Below, piece after piece: positions 41,222-55,873 of a stretch of 64,000 bases of DNA. The stretch is from assembly GCA_964016885.1 (NCBI GenBank), contig OZ024748.1, positions 5,270,001 through 5,334,000 on the forward strand, in the 5' to 3' direction. Made by a program: the position numbers and the translations under genes. Under the pieces are notes generated by a model, which saw only the letters and a program-made list of their open reading frames with translations, had not been told where the DNA came from and searched no databases. Within the stretch, counting starts at the first letter, position 1; each line of letters starts with the position of its first letter. Source of the stretch: Eledone cirrhosa. Its lineage: Eukaryota.

Positions 41222-41341
<120 letters not shown>

Positions 41342-41559
41342 CTGATCAGTATCTTTTTGCTGCGTTCTTCAAACACAAAATAAAAGGCGCTTTTACATTT
41401 TATACCTTTACATCCGTCTTTCACAACTTCCACCATTCCATGCATTCACCGTCGCCGACCCACCACCAGCATCACCATTCTCCAGCGCCAATATTACCAC
41501 CAACGACACCACCACCAATATTTTCGTGGATTTTCGAAGACAAACTCTTATGAAGCTAA

Positions 41560-42790
41560 TCCAAATATTCAACCATCCAACCATCCATTCAATTATGCAA
41601 CCAACCAATAAGAACCCGGTAACCAACCAACAAGCTGGCTAACCATTGTGCTAGACAACTCTGCAACCAACTGGCCAACCATCCAACTGACCAACCAATG
41701 AAATACACCATAAGCCATCCAACCAGCTGGCTAACCAGTGAGTGAATCGACTATGTAACCAACTGGCCAACAATCCAACCAAAGTAACTCACAAGAAACC
41801 ATCCAACCATTCAAATATCCAACCAGCCAATTAAGAACCAGACAACCAACCAACAAGCTGGTTAACCAGTGAGTCAGGTAACTATCTAACCATCTATCCA
41901 AGCAAAGAAACACCCCAGAATCCACTCAGCCAGACATCCAACCATATGCCCAACCGTCATTAGTGAATAATTCAACCATCCTACCATCTAACAGACCAAA
42001 CCATCAACAAGTTAAAAACATTTTGTCCACCTATTCGAGCTATTCGATCCACCCTGCAACCACACATCGTGACAACCTGGGTACTAACCAGTCAAACATT
42101 TATTCAAACCAGCAGCCATAGCCATCATCCCAATCAACTCTCCAAGTAACAAAACAACAAACCATTCAGACAACCACCAAGACAGCTAGCCAATCAAACA
42201 ACAAAATAATTTACCAATCAACCAGCAAATCTCTTCACTAGACAACTTACCACCCAGCCAGGCAAATAGGCAGTCAGATAACCAGCCAGCAAAGCAATGG
42301 ACCAAACACCCAGCCAACCAAACATCTAAACAACTAACCAAACAACCAACCAACCAGCCAACCAACTAACGAACCAGACAACCAACCGACCAGCTTACCA
42401 ACCAAATAACTAAACAACCAACCAACCAATCAACCAACTGACCAACCAATCAACCAAACAACCAACCAGCCAACTAACCGACCGACCAACCAACCAACCA
42501 ACTGACCAACCAGTCAACCAACCAACTGACCAACCAACCAACCAACCAACCATGTTACCAACCAACCAACCATCTTACCAACCAACCAGACCACCAACCG
42601 ACCAGCTTACAACCAGCCAACTAACCGACCAACCAATCACCCAACCATCTTACCAACCAACCAGCCAACCAACCATCTTACCAACCAACCAACCAACCAA
42701 CCAGCCAACCAACCAACCAGCCAACCAACCAACCATCTTACCAACCAACCAACCAACTAATCAACCAACCAACCAGCCAACCAGCCACTC
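41560..42790. repeat. Degenerate (CCAA)n satellite
   Basis: AACC-rich tract that becomes purer toward 42300-42785. Confidence 0.85.
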
Positions 42791-43103
42791 ACACCTTTCT
42801 ATTTCATTTTATATGAAGAACAACTTTGCTAATATCCTGTTTAAAGAAATCTTCTTGGTTTGATGCTAACAATTATGTATATTGATGTAAATCTTAATAA
42901 ACTTACTCCTGACATTTCATCTGACATATGGAGGCAATAGAAATGTGTGTGGTTATGTTGAGACGTGTGTGGAGATATGTAAGTGTATGTTGTATGTAGA
43001 GATATGTGTATATAGGTGTAGAGGTGAATCACAGTTTGAGATTATGTGCAGAGATGTATATCTATCTATCCATATATCCATCTATCTATCTATCTATCTA
43101 TCC

Positions 43104-43171
<68 letters not shown>

Positions 43172-43907
43172 GTATTCGTATCCATTGATGCACAGAAAAA
43201 CACGCACAGACATACACATTCAAACACATATACACGCACACACACACATGTATAGCGATATGTATATATACACACACAAGCATATATAGGTACACACACA
43301 ATTAAAGATACACAGATACACACACACACACATATTCTTGCATATATACTTATCGTACATATTCCAGCTCTTAAGGTTCCTGCCATTAGGACATTTGCAA
43401 ACGTACATTCAACTCTTGGAAATGTCTCTAAAGTCTTCATGATATTTTACATGATATCATACTGTATCAAATCCACGTGTACTTGGTGGATATTGTTGAA
43501 GGATTTAGGAATTTTAACGTTTCACACTAACTAAATGAAACGAGTAGGGAATTAGGTCCTCTCGCCTCACAAAACATGACCCTCATCTATCTTTTCACTA
43601 CTAGGGCCGTGTTTAATGGGGGCAAAGGGGGAAATTACCCCGTAACTCCCTGGGGGCCCCACCAGCGATGGCCCTAGCAATTTATTTGTGCCTTCAGCTG
43701 GAATTTTAGTTTGAGGAAGGTGAGAGTTATTTTAATTTAATACCTACACGTATAACTTTTTAAATCCAATTACTTGCGCCAAGTTAAATTTGATATATAA
43801 CATTGAGGGTTGTCTGTGTATTCTAATTTTTTAAAGAAGACAGATGGACGGAAACACACAAATACTTAAATATGTATATTAATAAGAAGAAATTCCTTAC
43901 ACACAAT

Positions 43908-43960
<53 letters not shown>

Positions 43961-44066
43961 TCTCTATCTCTCATAGTCTATGTACCTCTCTTTCTCAAAG
44001 TCTCTGTAAGTCTCTCTCTCATTCTTTCTCGCTTTCTCTTTCACTCTCTCCCCAAGACTTTCATTA

Positions 44067-44098
<32 letters not shown>

Positions 44099-44160
44099 AA
44101 ACTCTCCCTCTCTCTTTTTCTCTCACTCTCTGTCTCTCCATCAAGACTTACATTAGTCAG

Positions 44161-44192
<32 letters not shown>

Positions 44193-44438
44193 TTCTCTCA
44201 CTCTCTGTCTCTCCATCAAGACTTACATTAGTCAGCTCTCTCTGTCTCTCTCAATACCTTCCAGTCTAACTTCTAACTTACACTAACATCTTTCTCTTGT
44301 CCTCTATCCCCGCTATCCCCCTTCTCTCTATATACCCGCTGACCCCCCCCCCTCTCTCTCTCTGTACATCTACATATACCCGTTATACTCCTCTCTCTCT
44401 GTACATCTACATATACCCGCTACCCCCCTCTCTCTCTC

Positions 44439-44476
<38 letters not shown>

Positions 44477-44496
44477 CGGTGCTCTCTCTCTCTCTC

Positions 44497-44548
<52 letters not shown>

Positions 44549-44822
44549 TTTATCCCCGCTGTCCTCTCTCTCTATAAATATCTATCTATATATCTATCTA
44601 TATCTATATATATTCATTCAAAGCCTTATGTGTCTGTTTATTACGACTCCATCCAATATTTTCTTTCGTCAAACATTAACAAAACAAGATGCTAAGATGA
44701 AGCAGAAAACACCCAGAAAGATACATTATACATAATAGTTTATTATACACACGGACACACACACATTCACCCAGACGCGGATACACACACTGACACACAT
44801 ATTTATACATATATATGTATGT

Positions 44823-44854
<32 letters not shown>

Positions 44855-44914
44855 TGCACACATATATACATACAGATATATATATATAGATATATGTATA
44901 TATATATGTATTCA

Positions 44915-45093
<179 letters not shown>

Positions 45094-45250
45094 TATATAT
45101 ATGGGTGGGGTATATACATATATATATATATATTAATATTTATATATTTATTTTATTTTTTTATCACAAAGAATTTAATTTCCGCTTCAGTAAAAGTAAA
45201 TGAAAAAGAAAAAAAGGGTAATGAATAATATAAATTTTTATTAAAAAACC

Positions 45251-45283
<33 letters not shown>

Positions 45284-45306
45284 CATACATATATATATAT
45301 ACGTAC

Positions 45307-45344
<38 letters not shown>

Positions 45345-45906
45345 GTACATAAGTGAGAAAAGAGGATGTAGAGTCTTGAAAAAGGTAGATGAATGGTGAG
45401 ACAAAGATATATAGCTGTATGGAATGAAAGAATGAAAGAAATGAAGAAAGCTTGAATGAATTAATAAGCGAAGGAAGGTAGAATGATATTTAAAAGGGAA
45501 CTTTTCTCAGAACATAAATAAGGATGAGGACGTATTTTTACATACATACATAAACACGATATAATACATATTTATATATACATACATACACACACAAATA
45601 TATATATATATATATATATACATATATATATACACATATATATATATATATATATATGTATATGTATATGTATGATATGCATAGATAGATGAAGAGAAAG
45701 TGAAAATATAAGTCAAATGTAAGAAAATGTAAAATATACATATATACGTATGTATGTATACATGTCTAGGCATGTATGTATATAAATAAAGGTATATATA
45801 CGCGCGCACACACACATAAACACACACACACATATATATATATACACGCCCCAATTAAATACAAAGGTACAAACTCATACGCATACATACACATGCACGT
45901 GATATC

Positions 45907-46012
<106 letters not shown>

Positions 46013-46763
46013 GGAAAAACAACACACAATTACAATGTAATACAATAATGGTATATTAGTTTAACGCTTGAAAAGAGTTGGAAAAGGGTCCGCAACGTTT
46101 CTGACTTTGCGGAACGATGCAACATTAGAAGATAGAAAAGTAAAAAAGAAGCGATGGTTTGGGGAGAGAAATCAAAAGCCACACGACTGTATACTAGAAA
46201 ATGAGATAAAAGTTATCTAGAGGGAAGCACGTTTCGTTTCTAGTCCTGCATCTTAGTAAAAGAAATTCAAATTTAGAACGAAGCTGGGTTTTAAGAGAAT
46301 TATCGAAAGGAACAAAAACATCGATAAGGATGAAAACAAAGCATGAATGTGTTTGTATTTGCCTTTATTTCCAATTGTCTGTGTGTATTGATAATTGCTG
46401 AACATTGGACCGTATCTTTAGCTGAAGGGTTAACGTGAATATGCGTGTGTGTGAGTGACCTCATGAGGTTTTCTATATACAGATTCTTAACTACCACGAC
46501 TGGTTAGTTAAGTGAAGTTGACAGGTATGTGATGAGACGTGATCTGTTAGCTGAGTGTTGGAAAATTAACTGATGATCGTCTTGTATGTAGGGAGCTAGT
46601 TGGACCGATATATTGATCTATCGAAAACTATTTGAACAAAGTTCTATGTCGTAAACTTTAACGCAGAACCACATAATTGAAAAGTGCTTTACTTATCCGT
46701 TTGTCCATGCTTCTGCTCTGTTATACAGACTCATATACACATTTCAACACACAATAACACACA

Positions 46764-46827
<64 letters not shown>

Positions 46828-47003
46828 CATAACATCCAGAGTCGGGCCAGATCGAAACAGATCGAACCTTGAGCTGATCAATCGCGAAACGCGCATAGCG
46901 CCTAAATAAATGTAATGAAGATTTAACACCTCGTCCTTTTTATAACTATATATATATATATATATATACATATATATATACTGTATATATATATGTATAT
47001 ATA

Positions 47004-47060
<57 letters not shown>

Positions 47061-47062
47061 AA

Positions 47063-47233
47063 TATAGAAAATACTTCTACATGACTAGAACTGTTTCATT
47101 CAGGGGCTTCATGATGATTTCTCCCGAATGAAACAATTCTAGTCTGTAGAAGCCTTTTCTATATCAAATATTTATACTCTGCTTTGTATTGAGTACCTTA
47201 TTACTGTGGTTACCCCCGATTGAACCTGGTCTA

Positions 47234-47236
<3 letters not shown>
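47063..47236. mobile_element. Family C fold-back copy
   Basis: CTTCTACA.GACTAGAACTGTTTCATTC ... TGATGA TTTCTCCC GAATGAAACAATTCTAGTCTGTAGAAG, with a tail homologous to the reverse complement of 3630-3700. Confidence 0.75.
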
Positions 47237-47289
<53 letters not shown>

Positions 47290-47502
47290 TTAGAAAGTGA
47301 GGTTTTTTTTTACAAAATGAAAAATAACTGAGGTGTCCCACACGAGTGAAAGTATAAAGAAAAAATGGTGAAATCGAAAATGCAACTGGAGTCTTATTTA
47401 AAAAAAAAATATATATATTTATTTGGTTCCTTTACCGGTTTCGCAGTTCTTCTGCTTTTCAAAAGTAGAGTTGAGATGGAGGGTCTGTGGTTTTTCTCAC
47501 AT
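47290..47502 (-). mobile_element. Family F colinear copy with U3-A8 hammerhead at 47429-47466 (-)
   Basis: Minus strand CTT-TTGAAAA-GCAG AAGAA CTGC-GAAA-CCGG-TA-AAG, homologous to 17733-17960. Confidence 0.75.
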
Positions 47503-48501
47503 ATTATATATATATATATATATATATATGTTTAGTGTGTATGTATGTATATTCACGCAATATAACCCGGGCTAAACATATATATATATATATATTATAT
47601 ATATATATAAGTTTGTGTGTGTGTATGTATGTATATTCACGCAATTAAGGAACATAATTTCTATATCTATTTTACATGTCTGGTCGAACAACCAAATCGA
47701 ATGTCTGTTGAACAATTTAATATTGAGCCTTTCACATACGTTAACGGCTCGTCTAGTTTATAAGAAAAGGGAATACAATACACATTGACTGTAGACTACA
47801 CTCTATAGCTTTGTGTTTATATTCTCATATATACATACACACATACACACACACATATATGTATGAGTATATATATGTATATATATATATAGTTAGTTAT
47901 ATGTATGTAGACATATATATATATATATATAGTTAGTTATGTGTATGTAGATATATATGTAGGTAGTTATATGTATGTAGATATACATATGAGTATATGT
48001 CTATGTTTGTTTGCGTGTCTGTATATAAGTGGTAGATTGTCATGGTGTGTATACTGAGAAATAAATATAAAATATTGTTTTATTAATAAAATACACTTTT
48101 ATTAATTCCGTTTTCTTTCTGATTAATTTTTCAGAGCTATAGACCCTGTTGTTGTTGTTATTATTGTTGTTGATTTTGATGTTGGTTTGTCTTGATTGTG
48201 TTGTTGTTATTGTTGTTAGTCCTTATTCTTCTCCTCTCACTCATCTTCATCACTTTTCCTGTTATTCCATCTTAAATTCTTTCTCTTTTGTCACCCACCA
48301 TAACCCCTTTCTCTCTTTCATTTCATACACCGCCATTTCTTTTTTTTCGAAAAATTATTTTCTCTTTCTTCTTTTCATTTTCACTCCTTCCTTATTTGAC
48401 ATTTCTTTCTTTCTTTCTATCTTTCTTTCTTTCTTATTTCATTTCTTCCTTCCGTACATCAATTTCAGCTTTTGTATATATTTGTGTGTGTGTGTATGTG
48501 T

Positions 48502-48568
<67 letters not shown>

Positions 48569-48856
48569 AGTATATATATAAACATATTTTTTTTGTTTTG
48601 CAAGGTTTTTGATATATATATAAACATATATATTTATAAATATATATACACATGTATATATATATGTATATATATATATTTATAAATATATATATATAAA
48701 TAATATATATTTATAAATATATATATATATATATATAGATAGATAGATAGATATATAAACATATATATACACATTTATATATATATATATAGTATATATA
48801 TATGTAAAAATATATATATATATTGTATATATATATGTAAAAATATATATATATAT

Positions 48857-48910
<54 letters not shown>

Positions 48911-49010
48911 AGTATATATATATATATATTGTATATATATACAGTCTATATATATATATATATGTTGTTTATATATATATATATATATATGTAAGTATAT
49001 ATATATATAT

Positions 49011-49068
<58 letters not shown>

Positions 49069-49240
49069 TATGTATGTGTTTATGTATATTTTATTACCTT
49101 TCCTTTATGTTATCATTTGTGGTTGTTCTTCTCCCCCTCTCCATTCCTTCCTTTAGTTTTTCTTCAATTTTTTTTCTTCATTTATCTATTATTCTTCATT
49201 TCCTTTTTGCCTTTCCCTTCTTTCATCTTTTTCTTCGTTA

Positions 49241-49334
49241 CTACTTTCCTTCCTTCCGTCCCTCCATGTCTGTCCGGAAGAGCTGGTCGCCATTTTCTCT
49301 GTAATCTTGAGGATTTGCATACGATGGATGGACA
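49241..49334 (-). other. Candidate exon (unverified)
   Basis: Pyrimidine-rich acceptor TTCTATCTTGTCCTTTTCTCGTTTCAG, then unique sequence reading [30 protein letters not shown]. No homolog recognised. Confidence 0.3.
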
Positions 49335-49549
49335 CTGAAACGAGAAAAGGACAAGATAGAATATAACAGAAGAAGAAAAAGAATAGAAAAGTAAATAAAT
49401 AAATATAAATATCAATATAAACATAAATAATGATTCGACAACAAAAGACATCAGCTGACGAAATTATTATCGATTTCTTATTTAGATATAAGACCAATAT
49501 TTGTACAGAGAGAGCTGTATCAATATTTTCCCCATTATATTACTGTTAC

Positions 49550-49705
49550 TCGGACGCCATGCTTTGCAACAAAGAGTTACGGCCTTTTATGGTCTGAGTT
49601 AAAATCCCGCCGAGGTTGACTTTCATCCTTACGGCGTCGATAAAATGAAGTACTAGTAATTCACTGGGATAATTGCTGGCCTTGTGCCAAAAGTAAAAAC
49701 AATTA
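49550..49705 (+). mobile_element. SINE family 1 (short-tail form)
   Basis: Consensus match with a small deletion. Confidence 0.85.
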
Positions 49706-50030
49706 TATTACTGTTTAATACAACTCCTCGACTAGTAGATAAAGGACAGAGCTGGACGGATAGAGCAAGGGTAAATTTAGTGAAAGGTGTCAGATGAGCG
49801 GCTAGAAATGGTAACCATATTTCCATCAAATCATACACTATTGCCTTAGCTATAAACAAGAGACACAAAATCTATGACAAGATAGTTCTAGTTATATAAG
49901 CAGAAGGAATTGTTATGGATTGAACCTGTTTGATCATAGCTTCTCTCAGAGTGTACTTAACCTAGGGTTATATAGAAATAGTATCAACAATAGGACAACA
50001 GCAATCGCAATATTAAAATTATAGGCAATA

Positions 50031-50217
50031 ACGGTGGATTGGCAGTATGGGTAGAGGGTCGGACGCCATGCTTTCCAGCATAGTTACGTCCCTTTACGAT
50101 CTGAGTTCAAATCCCGCAGAGGTTAACTTTGCCTTTCATCCTTACGGGGTTGATAAAATAAAGTACCAGTAATGCACTGATAATTGCTGGCCTTGTGCCT
50201 AAAGTAGAGACAATTAA
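50031..50217 (+). mobile_element. SINE family 1, full length, with probable TSD
   Basis: Complete head and tail. Flanked by TTAAAATTATAGGCAATAAC on the left and TTAAAATTATAAGCAATAAC on the right. Confidence 0.92.
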
Positions 50218-50256
50218 AATTATAAGCAATAACATTCAAGCAGTTTGAGTAAAGAA

Positions 50257-50299
<43 letters not shown>

Positions 50300-50313
50300 C
50301 ATATAAATATATG

Positions 50314-50346
<33 letters not shown>

Positions 50347-50357
50347 GTATATATATT

Positions 50358-50491
50358 AGAACACTGGTGGGTTATATCCGTAGTAGTAGAGCACTCAGAC
50401 CATGGGACAACTCTTAGTTCACCATACCGAGAACACTGAAAGTGAAATATTTGTTCTCGATATGGTGAACTAACTGTTGTGGAACTACTTC
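50358..50491. mobile_element. Family B fold-back copy
   Basis: TTAGTTCACCATACCGAGAACA...TGTTCTCGATATGGTGAACTAA, inside (TA)n. Confidence 0.8.
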
Positions 50492-50542
50492 TATATATGT
50501 ATATATATATATATATATATAATTTAACACAAACAAGTTCAG

Positions 50543-50576
<34 letters not shown>

Positions 50577-50934
50577 AAATTGGAGTTATAGACTAGTCAA
50601 CTCTAAGTTAACTGAATAAATGAAACTATATAAAACCAGAAATACATCAACATTTTAAAAAATACCTGACAAAACCTGACAAAACAAAGCAAAAAGAACA
50701 GAAGAAATGTTTAAAAAATGGCTGTATTTTGAAAATTCACAACACACAAACCATCTCGTTCTAAAGGTTATGTTCACCACGCATTCAAGTACACAAGAGA
50801 CCTTTTATTTGGGAAGGGCTGCTTTATTTATTTACTAGAAAAATAGCGAACCTTAGAGAATAAAGAAGATACAAACAACGAAACAACAAAACAACAAAAT
50901 AACCTAACAGAAATAGCAAGAAACACGAACATAT

Positions 50935-50978
50935 AATTATAATAATGATAATGACAATGGTGAGTATGATGATGATGT

Positions 50979-51010
<32 letters not shown>

Positions 51011-51079
51011 ATGATGATGAGGAAGATGATATAAAGATGATCATAATAATCATGATCGTGATAATGATGATGATATTGA

Positions 51080-51149
<70 letters not shown>

Positions 51150-51462
51150 GTTGCTGCTGCTGCAACAATTACTACTTCTACAAATACTAATATTAACAAC
51201 AACAACATCAACACCACCAACAACAGTAAAGTAACACTACACCAGCACCACCAGCAATAGCAACAACATCACCATCACCACCACCACTAACCACAACAAC
51301 AACAACAACACCACCACCACCACCTCCACCAACAAGAACACTACCACCACTGCCACCACCACCAACAACAACAGCAGCAACAAGAACACTACCACCACCA
51401 CCACTACCAACACCAACACCACCAACAGCAACAACAGTAACAAGAACACCACTACCACCACT

Positions 51463-51518
<56 letters not shown>

Positions 51519-51540
51519 CAACAACTACAGCAACAACCAA
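50935..51540. repeat. Compound (GAT)n/(CTA)n/(CAC)n/(CAG)n/(CAA)n tract
   Basis: Direct inspection. Confidence 0.9.
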
Positions 51541-51902
51541 AATAATGTTAATAAGCCAGTGACTCTTCCCCAGTTTTACGTAAGATCAAAACCTTCACAC
51601 CACCATGCACTCCGAGGAACAAAACACAACAACAAAAGACACACAAATAAAGGTAAAATAAAGGTAAGGGAGAGAGAGAGAGGGCGAGAGTGAGAGAGAG
51701 AGAGTGAGAGAGAGTGAGTGAGAGAGAGATATATATATATATAGAGAGAGATGTAATGGCAGCTAACATAAAACATTAGTTTAGACATGTTAGTGTTAAC
51801 TATCAGGAGACAGACTATTATGGTATTACTGCTGTTGAGCAGTTCAAGCCCCATAACATGCATATATACCTATATAGTATATATCCACACAGACACACAA
51901 AT

Positions 51903-51934
<32 letters not shown>

Positions 51935-52052
51935 GTATGTGTGTGTCTGTATATATATGTGTAAATATATATGTATGTTTGTACTTGTCTCAATATATAT
52001 ATATATATATATTTGTTATATTTGGGGTTGTCATATTGCCAATAGAATATTG

Positions 52053-52110
<58 letters not shown>

Positions 52111-52909
52111 CATGAGTGTATGTATGTATATATATATATATATATATATATGAGTGTATATATGTTTGTGTGTGTACATATATACCTGGCAGCAATATTT
52201 ACGTCTAATATTCAGTCTTGCTTTTGTGCATTGTTTTCAAAAACGAACCCCCCAAAAAACAAAAAAACAAAACAAAACAAAAAAACAACAAACAAACGTT
52301 TCAGGAAAGTTGATCTCCAGGTGATATTGCCTTGTTCTAAGGTCATACTAGGTGAATACACTTGAGTTATCTCCTCTTTGATAACAACACCCACAGGAGG
52401 AGAAAAACAACAAAAACATTTGTTGCATTTTGTTGTTTTGTTTTGCAAATAAGCTTACAATTCACTACGTAATCATGATACTCTTCATGTTGTTGTTATT
52501 GTTATAGTTTTATTTGTTTGATGTTTTATTTGTCTTGATGTTGCTCATATTGTCGTTATTATCATTGCTGTTGTTTGAGTTTTTACCTCCGGGGCACCTG
52601 TGTTGGTATATTGTTCAATTTGCACAGTTTTGTCGCACATAACAAATTATTTTGAATATGAAATGAAGGGGTCGTGTGACCGCGTTGTCGTCCATACTTG
52701 ATCACGAGATCAGAAAAAAACAAACAAAGAAAGAACAGACCAAAAAACAAGAACAATAAATGAATAAAGAAGCCCCAAAACAAAAGCAAATTAAGAAACA
52801 ATATGGAAATGTAATGAAACAAATATGATGATGTTTCTCATTGTAGAACACAGAGAAGGAAGATTTTTGAGTGGCAACTTAATCGCAATGGTCACATATA
52901 ACCAGCTGC

Positions 52910-53420
52910 ATACCGCCTCCCCACTTCAAAAACGAAGGAGAGGCGGTTTTCCTCTGTGTTGTAGCTATGGCGAAAGAGGTTGTATGGTGGACGAGGTTGA
53001 AAGGGTTGAGGTCAGACACTTTTCTCTCCGGCCAACAACTGGTCCTTTTTTTTCAAGTACCATTTTAGAAGAAGGATCAGAATGGAGAGAGAGGTGCTCT
53101 ACCCCAGCAAGTTTTATGAAAGGTGGGTGAAAGTGGCGAGAATGGCCCGAGTGAATGGGCCTTCTCTCTATATCAGCCTGTAGGTGAGAGAGGCGAAGAA
53201 AGAGGGGAGGAAGGGAGCACCCGCTCTTTGTGCTCCTGAGTAGGAGGGTTGCACATTTTTTTCGGGGGTGTGTGCGACCCACGTCAACTCCCCCTCCCTA
53301 TTGAGGACTTCGATTGTTGAATTTTATTTGTTATATGTTTTTACACGTCCTTTGAAATGTATGTAACCCCCCCCCCTGTATTTGTCCCAATCTTTGATGC
53401 CCTGGTGGCAAATAAATAGA
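52910..53420 (+). mobile_element. 5'-truncated Tx1/L1-type LINE 3' end
   Basis: Reads IPPPHFKNEGEAVFLCVVAMAKEVVWWTRLKGLRSDTFLSGQQLVLFF / KYHFRRRIRMEREVLYPSKFYERWVKVARMARVNGPSLYISL* with one frameshift in a T8 run near 53050. This matches the AK..IW..R ... F..RW pattern of L1/Tx1 ORF2 ends. The 3' UTR ends in AATAAA. Confidence 0.7.
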
Positions 53421-53447
53421 AAGTTATCTATCTACCCCCCTCTCTCT

Positions 53448-53523
<76 letters not shown>

Positions 53524-53599
53524 ATAACATTAATAAATGGAAGCTATCTTTATAAAACCATATTTATTTTATTATATATATTAAATAACTCATTGCTTA

Positions 53600-53657
<58 letters not shown>

Positions 53658-53954
53658 TATAGTAGCAGGAAAATCAGGAAGAACTAGGCAGGAAGTAGTG
53701 GTCAGAATGAGAAATTTCTTGTGAGTTCAAACTTTAACATATGTTTCTGTACAATTACATAACTGTCTACATGCGCTGACTGCATAGTCCAATGCTCAAT
53801 CCTATGCATTAGGTTATAATTATTGCACTTCACCGAAAGAAATTAACGGGGAGGTAGAGAAAAACGTGTTATAGTGTTAGGTGAGAGTGCTGCATTTCTG
53901 CAATAAGCATTAGTTACACCTAACAAATCCAAAGTACATTTGTTAGTAGTAAGT

Positions 53955-55130
53955 AATGCACACACACACTGGCATTTCCACACACATACACTGACCCTTT
54001 CATGCACACACTGGCATTTTCACACACACACACACTGACCCTTTCATGCACACACTGGCATTTTCACACACACACACACTGACCCTTTCACGCACACACT
54101 TGCATTTCCACACACACACACAAGGAAAAACATAATTTCATACGCGCGCTCTTAACACAAACACGAAATCACATGCACCCATACACCTACTCAGTTTTTC
54201 TCTCATATATACACACACACTAACCATTACACATAACCTCATTAATCCACACAATCGCGCATACACACACTATCAGACATATATACATTCTCTCACACCA
54301 ACACACACACACCAACACACAACTTTTCTCTCTTATATACACACACTAACCATTAAACACATCCACATTCATTCCCACGCACACATATACACTTGTTCTC
54401 TCTTACATACACTCACTAAACATTACACACATACACATACACACATTTTCAGACATATCCACATTAAATCGCACTCACGTACACACCATTTCTTTCTTAT
54501 ATACATACATTCTCTCACATATATACACACACACTAATTCTCTCTTATACACACAGACACATACACTAGCTCTCACACATACACACACCCTCACACACAG
54601 AGTAGTTCTCTCATACACACACTAGCCCTCAAACACATGGCCGCTGTAATATATCAATATATTCCTCTGTATGTTTACTTATGTATAGTTTTACATACAC
54701 ACAAGCTCTCAAAAATACGCACACACACTATTTTTCTCTTACACACACATACACACAAGCTCTCAAAAATACGTACACACACTATTTCTCTCTTATACAC
54801 ACACAGACAGTAGCTCTAACTCACATACACACACAGTAGCTCTCTCTCTCTCTCACACACACACATTAGCCCTCACACACATGGCCGCTCTAATATATCA
54901 ATACATTCCTCTGTATGTTTGCTTATGTATAGTTTTACACACACACAAGCTCTCAAAAATACGTACACACACTATTTCTCTCTCTCATACACATACGCAC
55001 ACACAGTAGCTTTAACTCACATACACACACAGTAGCTCTCTCTCACACACACACACACTAGCCCTCACACACAAGGCCGTTCTAATATATCAATACATTC
55101 CTCTGTATGTTTGCTTATGTATAGTTATGA
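53955..55130. repeat. CA-rich complex tandem repeats
   Basis: Three units of about 41 bp (ACTGGCATTT..ACTGACCCTTTCA) and three copies of GGCCG...TAATATATCAATA.ATTCCTCTGTATGTTT.CTTATGTATAGTT at about 54639, 54883 and 55075. Confidence 0.8.
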
Positions 55131-55438
55131 TGTGAATGAAACAATGAAACGGCCATTAACGCCTCTATTACTTACAGTAAATATTTGTGATGTCATGTTA
55201 AGTATATTTCACTCCTATTATCTTTCTTAATAAGCATCGTAGCTTCACACATATTAAATACATAATAGCACACATACTCACTGATATATACACATACACA
55301 CATAAGCATACACAGACACGTGAGCACACACATACACACACACGTATGTATATATCACTATTTCTATACCACTATCTATATAGTATTTCACCATCTCCCC
55401 CTCCTCCCCAAATACACACAGACACATCTATATATGGG

Positions 55439-55500
<62 letters not shown>

Positions 55501-55504
55501 TATA

Positions 55505-55545
<41 letters not shown>

Positions 55546-55618
55546 ACGTACTTTCTTGTATATATATATATATATATATGTATGAAACACACACATATAT
55601 ATATGCATATATACATAC

Positions 55619-55674
<56 letters not shown>

Positions 55675-55799
55675 GTGCAAACAGACACACACGTGTAATA
55701 TATTATGCTCTTTAAAATTCTTATAGGTTGTGCACTCTTGTTATATGTATTAAAGATGCATATATTTATCTCCTCTCCCCACCTTCTCTATAAACCCCC

Positions 55800-55873
<74 letters not shown>

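Noticed and set aside
43601-43676. Short GC-rich segment with TAGGGCC...GGCCCTA ends
   Set aside because: It may be a hAT-type MITE relic, but it is single-copy here, very short and has no TSD.
52825-53282. 101-aa (+) and 105-aa (-) ORFs with complex sequence
   Set aside because: They are alternative frames of the Tx1/L1-type LINE remnant.
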